25,599 nucleotides of DNA from a virus. Each line of letters starts with the position of its first letter. Positions within the stretch are counted from its first letter, which is position 1. Location of the stretch: the IMG/VR virus record IMGVR_UViG_3300017739_000094; one strand, written 5' to 3'. Under the pieces are notes generated by a model. The model saw nothing but the letters and a program-made list of their open reading frames with translations, was not told the origin of the DNA and ran no database searches. This document shows, piece after piece, positions 6,359 to 14,741 of the stretch. Made by a program: the position numbers and the translations under genes.

Positions 6359-6577
6359 ATGTACCCACTTAAAAGAAAAAATAAGTATAAGTGGGAATAT
6401 AGATTTTTATATTGGAACATAGATAAGCCTGAAATTAATTTATATACTTATAAAACAGATGAGGGCTTTCAAGTTGCAGAATCTGCAGCATGGGGCAATG
6501 CAACTTGGGATAATTGTAAAAATATGAAATATATTGGTAAAACTAAAATGGAGGTTGAAAATGGCACAAATGCCTAA
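6359..6577 (+). CDS. Hypothetical protein, 72 aa
   Basis: ORF in a coding-dense region with no obvious RBS. Trp/Tyr/Lys-rich. Confidence 0.45.
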   Translation: MYPLKRKNKYKWEYRFLYWNIDKPEINLYTYKTDEGFQVAESAAWGNATWDNCKNMKYIGKTKMEVENGTNA

Positions 6578-7169
6578 GTTCTTAGAGGACTATACAACTG
6601 TTGATGAACTCATCAGCAAAATGAATAAACAATATCCAGAATGCAGATTAATTGCAGAAATGATTGGATATGGAGATGATTGGGTAATATTTAAAAGCTC
6701 ATTCTATGAAACAAAAGATGATACAGAGCCAAAAGCTGTAGCCTATGCAAAGCAAACAAGTAAAGACCATAATTCTTGGTTTGAGATGGCTAATACAAAA
6801 GCTAATGGTAGATGCTTAAGAATTGTATTCTCTGAATCTACTTTAGCTGAGGAAATGATTGGGATAGCTCCTAGTAAAGAAGCTGCACCAAAAGAGAAAA
6901 CTTTAGATCAAAAAGTTAAAGAGCTAGAAGCTGAGGGATTGGTTGAGGATATAACTGATAAAACACAAGCAATAATGGATAATATAAAAGATTTTGCTTT
7001 GAATATAGCAAAACAGGATCTTGATCTAGCTAGAAACTATACTGCTCAAGCTTTAGGAGCTATGAACATGAGTAAGACAGATGTATCTATTAATAACTTG
7101 CAATCTGTTAAAAACAAAATACAAGATATAGCAACTATGGCAATAAGTGATGCAGATAAAGGGGAATAA
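6561..7169 (+). CDS. Hypothetical protein, about 202 aa; weak resemblance to Rad52-like single-strand annealing proteins
   Basis: I prefer the ATG at 6561 (ggaggttgaaaATG) to the 6534 start in the track. The segment AVAYAKQTSKDHNSWFEMANTKANGRCLRIVF loosely recalls the conserved Rad52/Sak helix. The C-terminal half is acidic and coiled-coil. The function is speculative. Confidence 0.6.
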   Translation: MAQMPKFLEDYTTVDELISKMNKQYPECRLIAEMIGYGDDWVIFKSSFYETKDDTEPKAVAYAKQTSKDHNSWFEMANTKANGRCLRIVFSESTLAEEMIGIAPSKEAAPKEKTLDQKVKELEAEGLVEDITDKTQAIMDNIKDFALNIAKQDLDLARNYTAQALGAMNMSKTDVSINNLQSVKNKIQDIATMAISDADKGE

Positions 7170-7472
7170 ATGCTTAAAATGTTTGGCAGGAGTAAGCCTT
7201 TACCTAATATACAGATTATTGCTCAAGAAAAGAATTTATCAGAATTTAGAAAAATTAGATATATTTTAGAACTTGAGGGATTTATTTGTACTTTAGATTC
7301 TGAGTTTGCTAAAAGTGGCAATCTAAGAAAAGCTATAAATAGGCTAAAAGCTGATTATAATTCTACAATTTATCTTATGGATTGTGATTGTAACAATAAG
7401 CAGAAAGCTAAGTTAAATGCTAATGGGACACCTAGAAAGCATAAAGCTTATATCTTAGAATGGGCTAGATGA
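7170..7472 (+). CDS. Hypothetical basic protein, 100 aa
   Basis: ORF abutting the previous stop (TAAATG). No recognisable motif. Confidence 0.6.
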   Translation: MLKMFGRSKPLPNIQIIAQEKNLSEFRKIRYILELEGFICTLDSEFAKSGNLRKAINRLKADYNSTIYLMDCDCNNKQKAKLNANGTPRKHKAYILEWAR

Positions 7473-7894
7473 TAGAACTTTTATTAACTTGTTCATTGTT
7501 AGGTAAGGTAGATTTTGATATTGATACCTATCAAGATCTATACAGAGTTCCTTATCAATGTAAGTTAATAGAGCAGGTGCAGGAGTGGATTCCATTAGTT
7601 AATATCCACTTTAAAGAGGATGAAGCTCTTGCATTAACTGTTATTTATTGTGAAAGCTCTGGATATTATAAAGCTACAGGATATAACAGAGATGGATCTT
7701 TTGATCAGGGTTTATTTCAATTTAATAATAGAACTGAGAAATGGCTTGAGGATGATATATATAATAAAGACTTAGATATGTATGATCCAGAAACTAATGT
7801 AAAAGCTGCTAGGTGGCTTTCTTATTATGATGGATGGCATCATTGGAATAGCAGTAAGCATTGTTGGGGTAGATATGCCAAATCAGAACAATAG
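7469..7894 (+). CDS. Lysozyme-like / lytic transglycosylase (GH23, SLT/Rpf-like)
   Basis: Catalytic-type signature VIYCESSGY ... DQGLFQFNNRTEKW ... NVKAARWL. ATGA overlap with the upstream gene. Confidence 0.75.
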   Translation: MIELLLTCSLLGKVDFDIDTYQDLYRVPYQCKLIEQVQEWIPLVNIHFKEDEALALTVIYCESSGYYKATGYNRDGSFDQGLFQFNNRTEKWLEDDIYNKDLDMYDPETNVKAARWLSYYDGWHHWNSSKHCWGRYAKSEQ

Positions 7895-8429
7895 GAGAGT
7901 TTTTATACCAGATGAGTATGATTTTTATGATAAATACAAAGCTAGACCATATTGGCAAGAAATATGTAATGCTAATAATTGGGAAATAATTAAAGATGAG
8001 GAGGATTTTGCAGAGGACTTTGTTTGCAAAATATCTGATACATTGTATTTTATGGAGCTACAGGTTATTGGTTATTGGCATAATTTTGATGTATCTTATC
8101 TAAGTACTGCATATATTTCTAAAAGCAAAATAGATAGTTTAAAACAAAAAGGAGAAAAAGCAGGATTAATATTTCTTAACTGTGTTCCTAATAGGTTTTT
8201 CGGTTTAAACATTGACTTGATTGAAAGTGATTGGTTAGTAACAAATATTGCAGAGAAATCATACAGAATACCATTAAAAAAGATACAATTTAATCAAAGA
8301 GTTTTATTAGATCAGAATTTATGTGATTGTTTAGAAAAACATTATAACATTATGGAAAGACAAAAAGGCAGAATAGGAATGGCTAGTAAAGAATTTAATA
8401 TAAGAGGTAGAAATGGAATATGCTGCTGA
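7875..8429 (+). CDS. Hypothetical protein, about 184 aa (possible nuclease-like fold, very weak)
   Basis: The ORF is open from 7827. The ATG at 7875 (MPNQNN...) minimises overlap with the lysozyme gene. D...ELQ-type acidic cluster (EDFVCKISDTLYFMELQV), but no clean PD-(D/E)xK motif. Confidence 0.55.
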   Translation: MPNQNNRRVFIPDEYDFYDKYKARPYWQEICNANNWEIIKDEEDFAEDFVCKISDTLYFMELQVIGYWHNFDVSYLSTAYISKSKIDSLKQKGEKAGLIFLNCVPNRFFGLNIDLIESDWLVTNIAEKSYRIPLKKIQFNQRVLLDQNLCDCLEKHYNIMERQKGRIGMASKEFNIRGRNGICC

Positions 8430-8844
8430 TGATATAAACATAGGCTATATGTCTATAATTTTATTGCTTAATAATGAAAGAACTCTTATTGATAAGTTAG
8501 ATAAGGTACAGGAAATATATCCACAATATGAACATCCTATCTATGGATCACATAAAGGAGGAGTAAAATTTACCTGTGTTTTAAAAAGTATGCCTACAGT
8601 TGTAGAAGTAACAATGAATCTTGATGGAAATTTTGCCATACATACTCTTACTAAAAAAGGATCAACAACATTTCATGATGAGCCTGTAGAAACATTAATT
8701 AATTACTTTCATGTATTCTATGTAAATCTGCAAGATGATGAGGATAAACTTCTTATGAATGCTTTAGATAAATCTAGTTACAGAAAAATTGCTAAAAGAA
8801 TGCACTACAGGGAAAACTTTGGAAATGATTTATCAGGGGATTGA
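8413..8844 (+). CDS. Hypothetical protein, 143 aa
   Basis: ORF in coding-dense context. No recognisable motif. Confidence 0.6.
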   Translation: MEYAADDINIGYMSIILLLNNERTLIDKLDKVQEIYPQYEHPIYGSHKGGVKFTCVLKSMPTVVEVTMNLDGNFAIHTLTKKGSTTFHDEPVETLINYFHVFYVNLQDDEDKLLMNALDKSSYRKIAKRMHYRENFGNDLSGD

Positions 8845-9040
8845 ATATAAAAAGAGTCAAAAAGTTAAATTTGTTATACCTACTGATGAAAGAATAATAG
8901 ATCCTAAAACAAAAAGTATTAGATGGAGATATGGCACAATAGAGTTTTTTCCTAAGAATTTAAAAGCTGCTTGGATCTTAGAAAAGGGAGCAAAAGAAAA
9001 CATTAGAATTTCATTATTTTGTGTTTTACCTCTAAATTAG
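8825..9040 (+). CDS. Hypothetical protein, about 71 aa
   Basis: The ORF is open from 8789. The internal ATG at 8825 reduces overlap with the upstream gene. The start is uncertain. Confidence 0.45.
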   Translation: MIYQGIEYKKSQKVKFVIPTDERIIDPKTKSIRWRYGTIEFFPKNLKAAWILEKGAKENIRISLFCVLPLN

Positions 9041-9044
9041 TTAT

Positions 9045-9227
9045 ATGGCAGATAATGGCATGAGCAACAAAGAGCTGCTTATTTTAATACTTTCTAATCA
9101 AGAAAAGATTAATGTAAGAATAGATCAAGTGCATGAGAAAGTTAATCAAAAGATTTCAAGATCAGAGCTTTCAGGTTGGATTGTAGCTGTATCTGCTTTA
9201 GTAGTATTAGTTAACAATGTGATGTAA
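9045..9227 (+). CDS. Small membrane protein, 60 aa (C-terminal transmembrane helix)
   Basis: The hydrophobic segment GWIVAVSALVVLV follows a helical polar N-terminus. TAATG overlap with the next gene. Confidence 0.65.
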   Translation: MADNGMSNKELLILILSNQEKINVRIDQVHEKVNQKISRSELSGWIVAVSALVVLVNNVM

Positions 9228-9439
9228 TGAAAGCAACAGTAAATTTAAGTCAGATTTTACAGGGTGGTTTAGCTGCTTTAGTTGGATGGTTATTTAAAAC
9301 AGTAAATGATATGCAACAAGAAGTAGCAACTCTAAAAGCACAAGTTAGTGCCTATCAAGAATCAATAGTTGGGTTTAATCAAAACCTAATTATTATTGAG
9401 GAAGTTATTAGAGAAATCTTGTTTAAAGTTGGTGGCTAA
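9227..9439 (+). CDS. Small membrane/coiled-coil protein, 70 aa (N-terminal transmembrane helix)
   Basis: LQGGLAALVGWLF followed by a heptad-like QQEVATLKAQVSAYQ. TAATG overlaps at both ends. Confidence 0.65.
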   Translation: MKATVNLSQILQGGLAALVGWLFKTVNDMQQEVATLKAQVSAYQESIVGFNQNLIIIEEVIREILFKVGG

Positions 9440-9960
9440 TGTTAAATAAAATAAAAGATAATTTAGCTATTGTAGTTACTGCTATAACTCTTATGGGATC
9501 TATTGGTGCAGGTGTGCAAAGCTTAGGAGCTGTAATAAATACACTTACAAACATAGATGACAGAATGAATGATATAGAATATGATTTTGAGCAACTTAAA
9601 TCAGAGACAATGGTATCTAATGATATTGCAATATTATATGAAAAGATATATCAATTAGAGCAAGTTGCTTACAATGCTGAGTATTTAGAAACAGAATTAA
9701 CAACACTTAGAGCAAACTACCAGAACTTAGAAACAGAAGTAAGAGATCTTGAATGGAAAGTTGAGGACTTTCAGGCTAGGTATATTTCTGATTTAAATAA
9801 TCCATCTCAAGATTCACAATCTTATGAGCTAATGAAGTGGGAATGGCAAGATTTGCTTAAGAAAGTAACAATTTTAGAAACAAATCAGCTTGAAACTTGG
9901 CAAATAGATGATCTTAAAAATAGAATTGCTTATGTAGAAGCTATGATGCATGGACACTAA
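9439..9960 (+). CDS. Membrane-anchored coiled-coil protein, 173 aa
   Basis: N-terminal helix LAIVVTAITLMGSIGAGV, then a long Glu/Leu-rich coiled coil (LETELTTLRANYQNLETEVRDLEWKVEDFQ). Confidence 0.7.
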   Translation: MLNKIKDNLAIVVTAITLMGSIGAGVQSLGAVINTLTNIDDRMNDIEYDFEQLKSETMVSNDIAILYEKIYQLEQVAYNAEYLETELTTLRANYQNLETEVRDLEWKVEDFQARYISDLNNPSQDSQSYELMKWEWQDLLKKVTILETNQLETWQIDDLKNRIAYVEAMMHGH

Positions 9961-10036
9961 TGAAGTGTAATTGTACTTATCTTTGCTGTGGTTGTAGTTT
10001 GCATTGTAATAATAGAAGTTAGGTTATACTAAATCT

Positions 10037-10537
10037 ATGGATTACATAGATGATATGTCTTTAGCTTTACCAAATCAACAACAAGTAGGAGAATCTAATG
10101 TTGATTTTAAAAGATTTCAATACTATTTAGCTTTAGGTGCAGGTAGAACTTTACTAAAAGTTTCAGAAAACTTCAGTTTGACAGAGAGGAGAATCTATCA
10201 AATATCCTCTAAGAATCAATGGCAAGATAGAGTAAAAGCTATTAATAAAATGCTAAATGAACAGATAATTGGGGAAGTTTTTGCACAAGTAGGAGAAACT
10301 GCAAGAGATCTAGCTGATGAGCTTAAACCTGTAATATTTAGAATTATTAATGAAATAAATGAAAGGGATTTAGCTTCTATGAATCCTACAGAATTAAAAG
10401 GATTATTAGATATTTGCTATAAGATGATTAGTCAGATCTATGGTTTAGGAACACCTCAAGTAACAGTAAATCACATAGAACAACCACAGATTAAGTTTAA
10501 GTGGGATTGGGAGCAGGATGATGAGCCAGATTATTGA
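10037..10537 (+). CDS. terS: Terminase small subunit (putative)
   Basis: Lies immediately upstream of, and overlapping, the large terminase. Helix-turn-helix-like segment GRTLLKVSENFSLTERRIYQISSKNQWQDR, with size typical of TerS. Confidence 0.6.
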   Translation: MDYIDDMSLALPNQQQVGESNVDFKRFQYYLALGAGRTLLKVSENFSLTERRIYQISSKNQWQDRVKAINKMLNEQIIGEVFAQVGETARDLADELKPVIFRIINEINERDLASMNPTELKGLLDICYKMISQIYGLGTPQVTVNHIEQPQIKFKWDWEQDDEPDY

Positions 10538-11750
10538 GGCTACTCCACCTGATCTACATTCTGGACAATTAGAAGTTATAAAAGCATTAGATGAACATAG
10601 GTTTATTATTGCTGTATGTGGCAGGAGATGGGGTAAAACTACACTTAGTTTAGTTAGTGCAGTAGATCAAGCATTAAAAGGTTTAAAAGTTTGGATTATC
10701 TTTCCTGTATATCCACAGGCTTTAGAGTCTTGGCTTAATCTTAAAAGTTTAGTAAGACAGTTACCAGAGGACTATGCAGAAACTAGAGAAGTAGAGAAAA
10801 GAATAGTATTAGCTAATGGTGGATCTATACAGATAAAATCAGCTAACAAACCAGAAACTCTTAGAGGTGCAGGTGGTATATCTCTTATAATCTTTGATGA
10901 GGTTGCTTATCAAGATAAAGAAACATGGGACACAGTAAGACCAATCTTATCTGATAGCTTAGGCAAAGCTTTATTTATATCTACACCAAATGGCATGAAT
11001 TGGTTTTATGAGTTGTTTGACAATGCTAAAAGGAGAGCTGATTGGAAAGTATTTCATTATCCAACAGAGCAATCTCCTAGAATTAACAAAGATGAGTTAG
11101 CACAAGCCAGAGAGGAGCTAGGCTCTATGGTGTATGCACAGGAGTTCTTAGCAGAATTTACAGAAGTAGGACACATGTTTAAAAGAGAATGGTTTAAGTA
11201 CTATGACACTATTGAAGCAGATGATCCAGAGTATGTGTTAGGAGATGAAGTAGTAAAGCATAGTGAGCTAAGTATATTTGGCACTATGGACACAGCACTA
11301 AGTATTAAAGAGACTGCTGATTATTCAGTAATAATAACAGTTGGATCTACTCCTAGTGGTAAGCTATTAGTAATGGATGTATTCAGAGCTAGACTAGAAG
11401 CTCCAGAGTTACTTCCACAGATAGAATCAAAGATTGTAGAATACAATATGTCTTGGTTGGGAGTGGAGGATTCTAGTTTTGGTCTTGGTATTATTCAGAT
11501 GGCTAGGAGGCAGGGTTTGCCAATAAGGAACTTAAAGGCAGATAAGTCAAAAACTGCTAGAGCTGTACCTGCTGCTGCAGGAGTAGAAAATGGCACAATA
11601 TGGTTTTTGAAAAATGCTAAATGGCTTGTAGAATTTGAAAGAGAATTAACTAGCTTTCCATCTAGTGGATCTCATGATGATATGGTAGATGCCTTAGCTT
11701 ATGCAGCTAGGTTTGGGATAGTTAGAAAGACAAATTGGAGTGTAAACTAA
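10518..11750 (+). CDS. terL: Terminase large subunit
   Basis: Walker A AVCGRRWGKTT, Walker B LIIFDEVAY, and a C-terminal RNaseH-like nuclease signature (SVIITVG ... GSHDDMVDALAYA). Confidence 0.95.
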   Translation: MMSQIIEATPPDLHSGQLEVIKALDEHRFIIAVCGRRWGKTTLSLVSAVDQALKGLKVWIIFPVYPQALESWLNLKSLVRQLPEDYAETREVEKRIVLANGGSIQIKSANKPETLRGAGGISLIIFDEVAYQDKETWDTVRPILSDSLGKALFISTPNGMNWFYELFDNAKRRADWKVFHYPTEQSPRINKDELAQAREELGSMVYAQEFLAEFTEVGHMFKREWFKYYDTIEADDPEYVLGDEVVKHSELSIFGTMDTALSIKETADYSVIITVGSTPSGKLLVMDVFRARLEAPELLPQIESKIVEYNMSWLGVEDSSFGLGIIQMARRQGLPIRNLKADKSKTARAVPAAAGVENGTIWFLKNAKWLVEFERELTSFPSSGSHDDMVDALAYAARFGIVRKTNWSVN

Positions 11751-14741
11751 TTGGGAATTAGAGATAATATTAGAGGCTTCTTTGCTCAGGAAGTACAAAC
11801 AGAAAAGAAATCTGGGCAATATCCAACATCACAAGTAGTCTTTCCATTTAATACAGATGCAGGTTACTTTAGTGGAGTCAATCAAATGTCTCCAGAGGGT
11901 AATTCAGCAGCTCTTGCTTGTTTAAATGTACTTGGTACAGCTTTTAGTGAGCCACCATTAAAGGTATATTTAAAGAATCAAGAGGGGGATGAATACATAG
12001 ATAAGCATCCTGCTGCAATACTTTTAGAGAATCCTAATCCTAATATGACAGCATCACTACTAAATAACTATATTGTTACTTCTGTTGCTGTATCTGGAGA
12101 TGCTTTCTTACTTAAACTTAGAAATGAATCAGGAGCAGTAATACAACTTATACCTTTACTACCAGAGATGGTTGAAGTAAAAGGAAACACAGAACAGTTA
12201 ATAACTAAGTATGAATATAAGCAAAAAGGCAACACAATGACAATATTGCCAGAGGATATGATACATCTTAGAGAGAGAATAGATCCTAGAAATCACAGGA
12301 GAGGGTTAGCACCTCTTAGATCTGTAATGGTAGAAGTATTAGGAGATGCTGCAGCTTCACAGATGGGAGCAGCATTAGTAAAGAATACAGGTGTTCCTAG
12401 TGTTGTTATATCTCCAAAGAATGATTTAAGTATGACAAGTGATGAAGCAGAGAACATAGCTGAGGTATTTGGTAGGAGATTTGGAGGAGAGAATAGAGGG
12501 AGACCATTAGTTATATCTGGTGGAGAAGTAGATATAAAAACTCTTTCCTTTAGCCCAAAAGATTTAGAGATAGGCAAACTTAGATACATTAATGAGGAAA
12601 GAATATCTGCTGTATTAGGTGTTCCTGCAATATTAGCAGGACTAGGATCTGGATTAGAGAGAGCAACATACTCTAATGCAAAAGAACTTAGAGAGTTCTT
12701 TACAGAACAAAAGCTTATTCCTATGTGGAATCACTTTGCTAATGAATTTACAAAACAATTATTAATACAAGATTTTGAGGATAATACAGATTACTGCTTT
12801 AAATATGATCTTTCAGATGTTAGAGCCTTATCACAAGATGAGGATGCAACTATGCAAAGAATAGTAACAGGATTTAATGCAGGGTTTGTAACAGTCAATG
12901 AAGCAAGACAAGCTAATCAGTTATCTGCTCTTGATGATGGAGATTACTTCATAAGAAATATGATGGTAGCTGAAGTTCCTGTTGAGGGAGATGATGTAGT
13001 TATGTATCATGCTGAAACTTCTGAGGAGATAGAGGTTAAAGCAGTTTCTAAGAGGATAGAGGGGATTTTAAGAGATAAAGTTACAGAGCATAATGACAAA
13101 GATCCAAAGTATAGAGCAACTTATTCAATGCTTAAACAAGTATTTGAAAGAGGAGTAGGTGCATATAATACCAATCCACAATCAGTAAGACCAAATGTTA
13201 CTAGTTCAGATCAATGGGCATTAGCAAGAGTTAATACTTTTATTAGAGCATTAAGTTCAGGCAGATTTAGAAATAGAGCTTTTGATACAGATCTACTACC
13301 TGAGAATCATCCTAAAAGCACAAAGAAAGAAATAAATTTAGAAGTAGAAACAAAAGTAGATAAAGTTCCTAGTTATATACAAAAGAATGCACAAAGAGGA
13401 TTAGATTTACTTGAATATGCAGGATCAGGTTTAACAGATAAAACAAAAAGAGAAGCTAGAGAAATGGCTAATGGAAAGATTAGTGATAACAAAGTTGTAA
13501 GAATGGCAGCTTGGTTTGCTAGGCATGAGGCAGACTTAGACTCAGATAAAGCTAATGATTATCTTAATGGAAATAGTGATAGACCAACAGCAGGGCAAGT
13601 AGCTTGGTTGTTATGGGGTGGAGACATATCTAAATCTAACAAGATGAGAGCTTCTAATTGGGCAACTAAAGAAGCTGAGAAAGTTAAAGAAAACAAAAGT
13701 ATTGACTTTCCACTATATGGATGGCAAGAGCCTACAGTAAAAATCTTAGGATTACCTACAGTAAAGCATTACAGATCAGAGATAGAAAAGAAAGAACTCT
13801 GGGAAGCTATTAATGGTTTAGAAAACTCATGGAGTGAGTATATGGCTAATATCTATGCAAAAGAACTTAATAGGCAAAAAAGAGCTTTATCTAATGTTGC
13901 TAAAGCTAGTCATGACTTAGCTGCACTAGAAACTAATGTAGATATATTCCTAAATGAATCTAAGTTTGATAAAGAGTTACTACCATTGTTTTATTCTCTT
14001 GGGGATGATATGTCAGTTAGAACTTGGGATAATCTTTTTCCTGCACAAGAAAACTTTAAAGCTGCAGATCCTGTAGATCTAGGAGTGCAAGTAGATGAGG
14101 AACAAGCAATAAGAACAGTATTTGGTACTTTATCAGGATTACTACCAGAGGGCAGAACACTTAAAAAAATTGTAGATAATGGCTTTTATAGAGGACAAAG
14201 AGAAGTTCCTGCAGAAGTAAGATCATTGTTTCAAGATTCACAAGCAGCAGGGTTTGTGCAAGATAATGCTAAGAAAGTTATGAATGACTTAAATGCAACT
14301 ACAAAGAAAAGAATTGCTACACAGATAACAAAGACAATAAAAGAGTTTGAGGATCTAGGAATAGTAAATCCTGTAGCAGGAACACCAGATGGAGATAGAT
14401 TCTTTAATGAGTTATCTAAAAAGATAAATGTAGTTTTAGGAGGACAGAACTTAGGTAGAGCTAAGAATATAGCTAGAACAGAGGTTGGTAAGATAAGTTC
14501 TTGGAGTCAGCAAAGAGCTGCAAAAGCTACAGGCAAAACTTTAGAAAAAGAGTGGGTATCTAGGAGAGATGGAGTTGTTAGAGAAGCACATTTTGAGTTA
14601 GACAATCAAAGAGTTCCTCTGAATAGTTTTTATCTGTATAATGGTATTAAGTTGGATGCTCCTAGAGATCCTAATGCTCCAATTAGCTTGATTGCTAATT
14701 GTAGATGTACAGAAGCTTATATTGAGGTAATAGATGAATGA
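11751..14741 (+). CDS. Portal protein (HK97-family type) fused to a C-terminal MuF / SPP1 gp7-like head-morphogenesis domain, 996 aa
   Basis: TTG start directly after the terL stop, with ggag about 10 nt upstream. The N-terminal ~420 aa are portal-like and sit next to terL. The C-terminus carries the MuF signature ARTEVGKISSW ... WVSRRDGVVREAHFELDNQ ... LIANCRCT. Confidence 0.85.
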   Translation: MGIRDNIRGFFAQEVQTEKKSGQYPTSQVVFPFNTDAGYFSGVNQMSPEGNSAALACLNVLGTAFSEPPLKVYLKNQEGDEYIDKHPAAILLENPNPNMTASLLNNYIVTSVAVSGDAFLLKLRNESGAVIQLIPLLPEMVEVKGNTEQLITKYEYKQKGNTMTILPEDMIHLRERIDPRNHRRGLAPLRSVMVEVLGDAAASQMGAALVKNTGVPSVVISPKNDLSMTSDEAENIAEVFGRRFGGENRGRPLVISGGEVDIKTLSFSPKDLEIGKLRYINEERISAVLGVPAILAGLGSGLERATYSNAKELREFFTEQKLIPMWNHFANEFTKQLLIQDFEDNTDYCFKYDLSDVRALSQDEDATMQRIVTGFNAGFVTVNEARQANQLSALDDGDYFIRNMMVAEVPVEGDDVVMYHAETSEEIEVKAVSKRIEGILRDKVTEHNDKDPKYRATYSMLKQVFERGVGAYNTNPQSVRPNVTSSDQWALARVNTFIRALSSGRFRNRAFDTDLLPENHPKSTKKEINLEVETKVDKVPSYIQKNAQRGLDLLEYAGSGLTDKTKREAREMANGKISDNKVVRMAAWFARHEADLDSDKANDYLNGNSDRPTAGQVAWLLWGGDISKSNKMRASNWATKEAEKVKENKSIDFPLYGWQEPTVKILGLPTVKHYRSEIEKKELWEAINGLENSWSEYMANIYAKELNRQKRALSNVAKASHDLAALETNVDIFLNESKFDKELLPLFYSLGDDMSVRTWDNLFPAQENFKAADPVDLGVQVDEEQAIRTVFGTLSGLLPEGRTLKKIVDNGFYRGQREVPAEVRSLFQDSQAAGFVQDNAKKVMNDLNATTKKRIATQITKTIKEFEDLGIVNPVAGTPDGDRFFNELSKKINVVLGGQNLGRAKNIARTEVGKISSWSQQRAAKATGKTLEKEWVSRRDGVVREAHFELDNQRVPLNSFYLYNGIKLDAPRDPNAPISLIANCRCTEAYIEVIDE

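Noticed and set aside
6534-6560. The upstream start (6534) given in the ORF track for the 6534..7169 gene.
   Set aside because: The ATG at 6561 is preceded by ggagg at proper spacing and reduces overlap with 6359..6577. The 6534 start has no RBS.
9045-9960. A confident i-spanin/o-spanin annotation.
   Set aside because: There is no lipoprotein partner with a lipobox. The host envelope type is unknown: the r1t-like holin and Dit signature hint at a Gram-positive host, while other features are neutral. I report these only as membrane/coiled-coil proteins.
9983-10030. A promoter in front of the small terminase gene (TTGCTG-N18-TAATAA, or TTGCAT with TATACT).
   Set aside because: The spacings (18 to 20 nt) and hexamers are poor, and AT-rich DNA produces such matches by chance.
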